NCBI GenBank assembly: GCA_965235115.1
Contig: OZ249448.1
Location: 19,716,001 to 19,780,000 of the forward strand
Reading direction: 5' to 3'
Length of the DNA: 64,000 bases
DNA from: Laetmonice hystrix
Lineage: Eukaryota
How positions within the stretch are numbered: the stretch's first letter is position 1; every line of letters starts with the position of its first letter. The notes below the pieces were generated by a model, which saw only the letters and a list, made by a program, of their open reading frames with translations, was not told the DNA's origin and ran no database searches. Positions 61,657 to 64,000 of this stretch are shown here, piece by piece. A program made the position numbers and the translations under genes.

Positions 61657-62849
61657 TATAATATGGCTCACTTCCACTGTTATATCTACTTGGAGTCACC
61701 GTAACCGTTTTTACTTGGCGAGGAAAATAGTGCTTGTTTCGATGATTACATGTACAATGCAGACGAGTGTAAGACGACTCACTGCTAGAAATCCGTAACT
61801 TATGGATTTCTTTCAACCATATTGTCATCAATTCCCAATCGTATGAAATCCCCACAAATGATAATAGATTTAGTTACCTGCTCTCTTGTGAATTTGTTTG
61901 GCTAGAATAACTGATATCCTACACGCCACTGTATTCTAATCTACCATCCATTGCAAAGACAAATAGACTGACAAAGTGCATATCACACCTCTAGTAATGT
62001 ATCTGCTTATCTACCCTCGTCGACAACAATTCCTGGCAGTACATCTTATCATGACATATAAGAAAGTCTCAGTGTAGCCGTATAATTATGTGAAAGTACG
62101 GTTTTTTAAGCATCTGAAGGCTCTACGTTAAAAACTATGAAACATTTTTGTCTGAACAAAAATTATCGCAATATTATACCTAACCAGACTAACCATGCAA
62201 TCACCGACCCTTGGTTTATTGCTGCCCCCTCTCATAAACCCTGGACATCGATCATTAGCTCATTCCAACCTTAGAAACGACAACACTGTGTTTTAATAAA
62301 AACACAACATTACCAGTACTTCCAGGGAGCAGACTCCTTAGTGTACAAACCGCCTCAGTCAAAGCTGACTTGTTCTTCTGTGGGCCACTTATGGTTACTG
62401 GGTATTGGTAAATATCCCTAGAACTGGCTCGTACCGATGTCTGCATTGATGAAAGAAGGGTCCGCAGGCCACTTCACTAACTTAGCCGCGCAACATTTCC
62501 TGTCTGGAATTTCGGCTAAACAAGTAAAGTTATTCTTTAACAGTGCAATGGTGAGTAAAATCGTGCGTAGAATGTCTTATAATTCTATATCAATCTTGCG
62601 TCATGAATTAGTTGTCACTGTAGTTCTGAAATTAAATGATATTGAGTACGTGTGATCGTTCAACAACGCTTGTTATCCTTCCTTAGCTTGATGACAACCC
62701 TTGATGACATGGGAGTCCACTATTGTATTGACCCACTCAGTTTGAGGTGTACAAGAATGGCACTGATGGGGACCAACCCCATCTCGCTATGTGAAGTCTA
62801 TACATTCTTTCAAATTCTAAGAAGCAAGTAACTGCCTTTGGGATTCCGA

Positions 62850-63720
62850 CATAGTTGCATGGAAACTTCTGGGTAGATTGCATTGTGTGCTCCAGAAATC
62901 AATGCTTTGGTCATAGAAGCAGTTCTATTCTAGGCCAATATCTGTATCTGGCGAGAAGACAGGTCATGGCTCTAGTTGGCCATTCCATCACAGTTTTAAT
63001 AGAGTGCGCGATTGAAAGATGTTACTCTAAAATGGCAGAGTACTGTCTGAGGTAATGGAGAAGGTATGGATCTGTAAGGGGGGAAAGTCATTCATTCGGC
63101 AGAGGCTTCATTTTGACATTTCCTTCATTTTCCACTTGGATAGAGACCAGCCACACATCCTCCCGCTTTATTCTATTAGAAGCACAGACAATTCTCGACC
63201 ACAGAAGGAATTGGCTGAACCCACACCCGACCTCCATGGCTGATGGCTTCATTATGTGGCGATTTCGTCTCATCTGGGTTTCCATCTTGGAGAACTTGTG
63301 TTGTCTTCATCCATGAATGACTGCTGCTAATCCCTGAAAGCATGCCTAACTGACGAGAATGATTCCATGACGACAGCCAGTCGGAGACGCTCGGGTTGCT
63401 GCCTGAACCACGGCCTTTATTCTGTATGAAAGGTCCGAGTATGAAGTTTGGTATTTTTTCATTATGCTCAAAGGAACTCCATCTTACAGCGTACCGCGCT
63501 GGGCAGTGTATAAGGCCGACGGGAACATTTAACATGCCCAGCAATCAGTGGCTACCTCTCTCCATGTTATCTATAACAATCCATTTCATGGTTCATTTTC
63601 TACAAAGACAATCAGTGTATCAGCATACAACACAGCAATTGCTGTTCAGCTGCTTCCATCTTTGTCTCACCCTCCCTGGTTTCATCAGACAAATTATCTG
63701 CTGGTTCCATTTCGTTCTAT
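62850..63720 (-). mobile_element. Decayed RTEX-like LINE ORF2 (RT domain 5 to C-terminus)
   Basis: Three ordered minus-strand motifs: 'VLYADTLIVFVENE' (~63620), 'MEVGCG...LLWSRIVCASNRIKREDVW' (~63250-63150) and 'LLARYRYWPRIE...PCNY' (~62950-62850). Confidence 0.55.
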
Positions 63721-64000
63721 TCATGATAAGAAAAAGATCTCGACGTAATTTCTTTTCAGACACTTCCCTAATACCATGTACGTTTCAGTAATCCATTAAT
63801 ATAACACAAGATGTGCAGACGTTTACGGAGAGCTGGGTCTTATATCTATGACTGAACCTGGCCTGTTATTCTGTATGACCTGTTTCATCCCTTGCAAATA
63901 ATGTGCTCAACTCGTATAGCGACAACAAAAACTGGGGTTCTCTTAGTAATCATATTGTGCTCACAAGAAGAACTGTGTTGGAAACGATAAAAAAAGGCTT

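Noticed and set aside
1-64000. Prokaryotic, phage or giant-virus system
   Set aside because: Coding density is near zero, with no operons or long ORFs; the repeats are typical animal TEs.

Overview
This looks like animal nuclear DNA: roughly 40% GC by eye, no ORF over 185 aa, GT-AG splice-like signals, C/G homopolymer runs and SINE/MITE-type repeats. A bilaterian invertebrate source is an inference. I recognise no intact protein-coding gene, rRNA, functional tRNA, CRISPR array or operon. It reads as intergenic or intronic sequence full of transposon debris. Best supported: a 2.4-kb PIF/Harbinger-type non-autonomous element (22183-24583, 17-bp perfect TIRs, CAG TSD), a near-fully palindromic MITE (24766-24973), TTAA-flanked Kolobok-like MITEs (18906-19220, 48426-48810, 51743-51983) and a 6-copy 35-bp minisatellite (9186-9393). 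Weaker, motif-only calls are decayed LINE pieces, three DIRS/Ngaro-like tyrosine-recombinase remnants and Gypsy-like RT/integrase traces. Worth a second look: several strong CTCF-like motifs, some convergent and bracketing enhancer-like Otx/Fox and POU motif clusters; a possible MITE origin for the minisatellite; and a few orphan candidate exons. The sequence alone does not support a new biological system. All protein-family calls come from remembered consensus motifs, not database searches.
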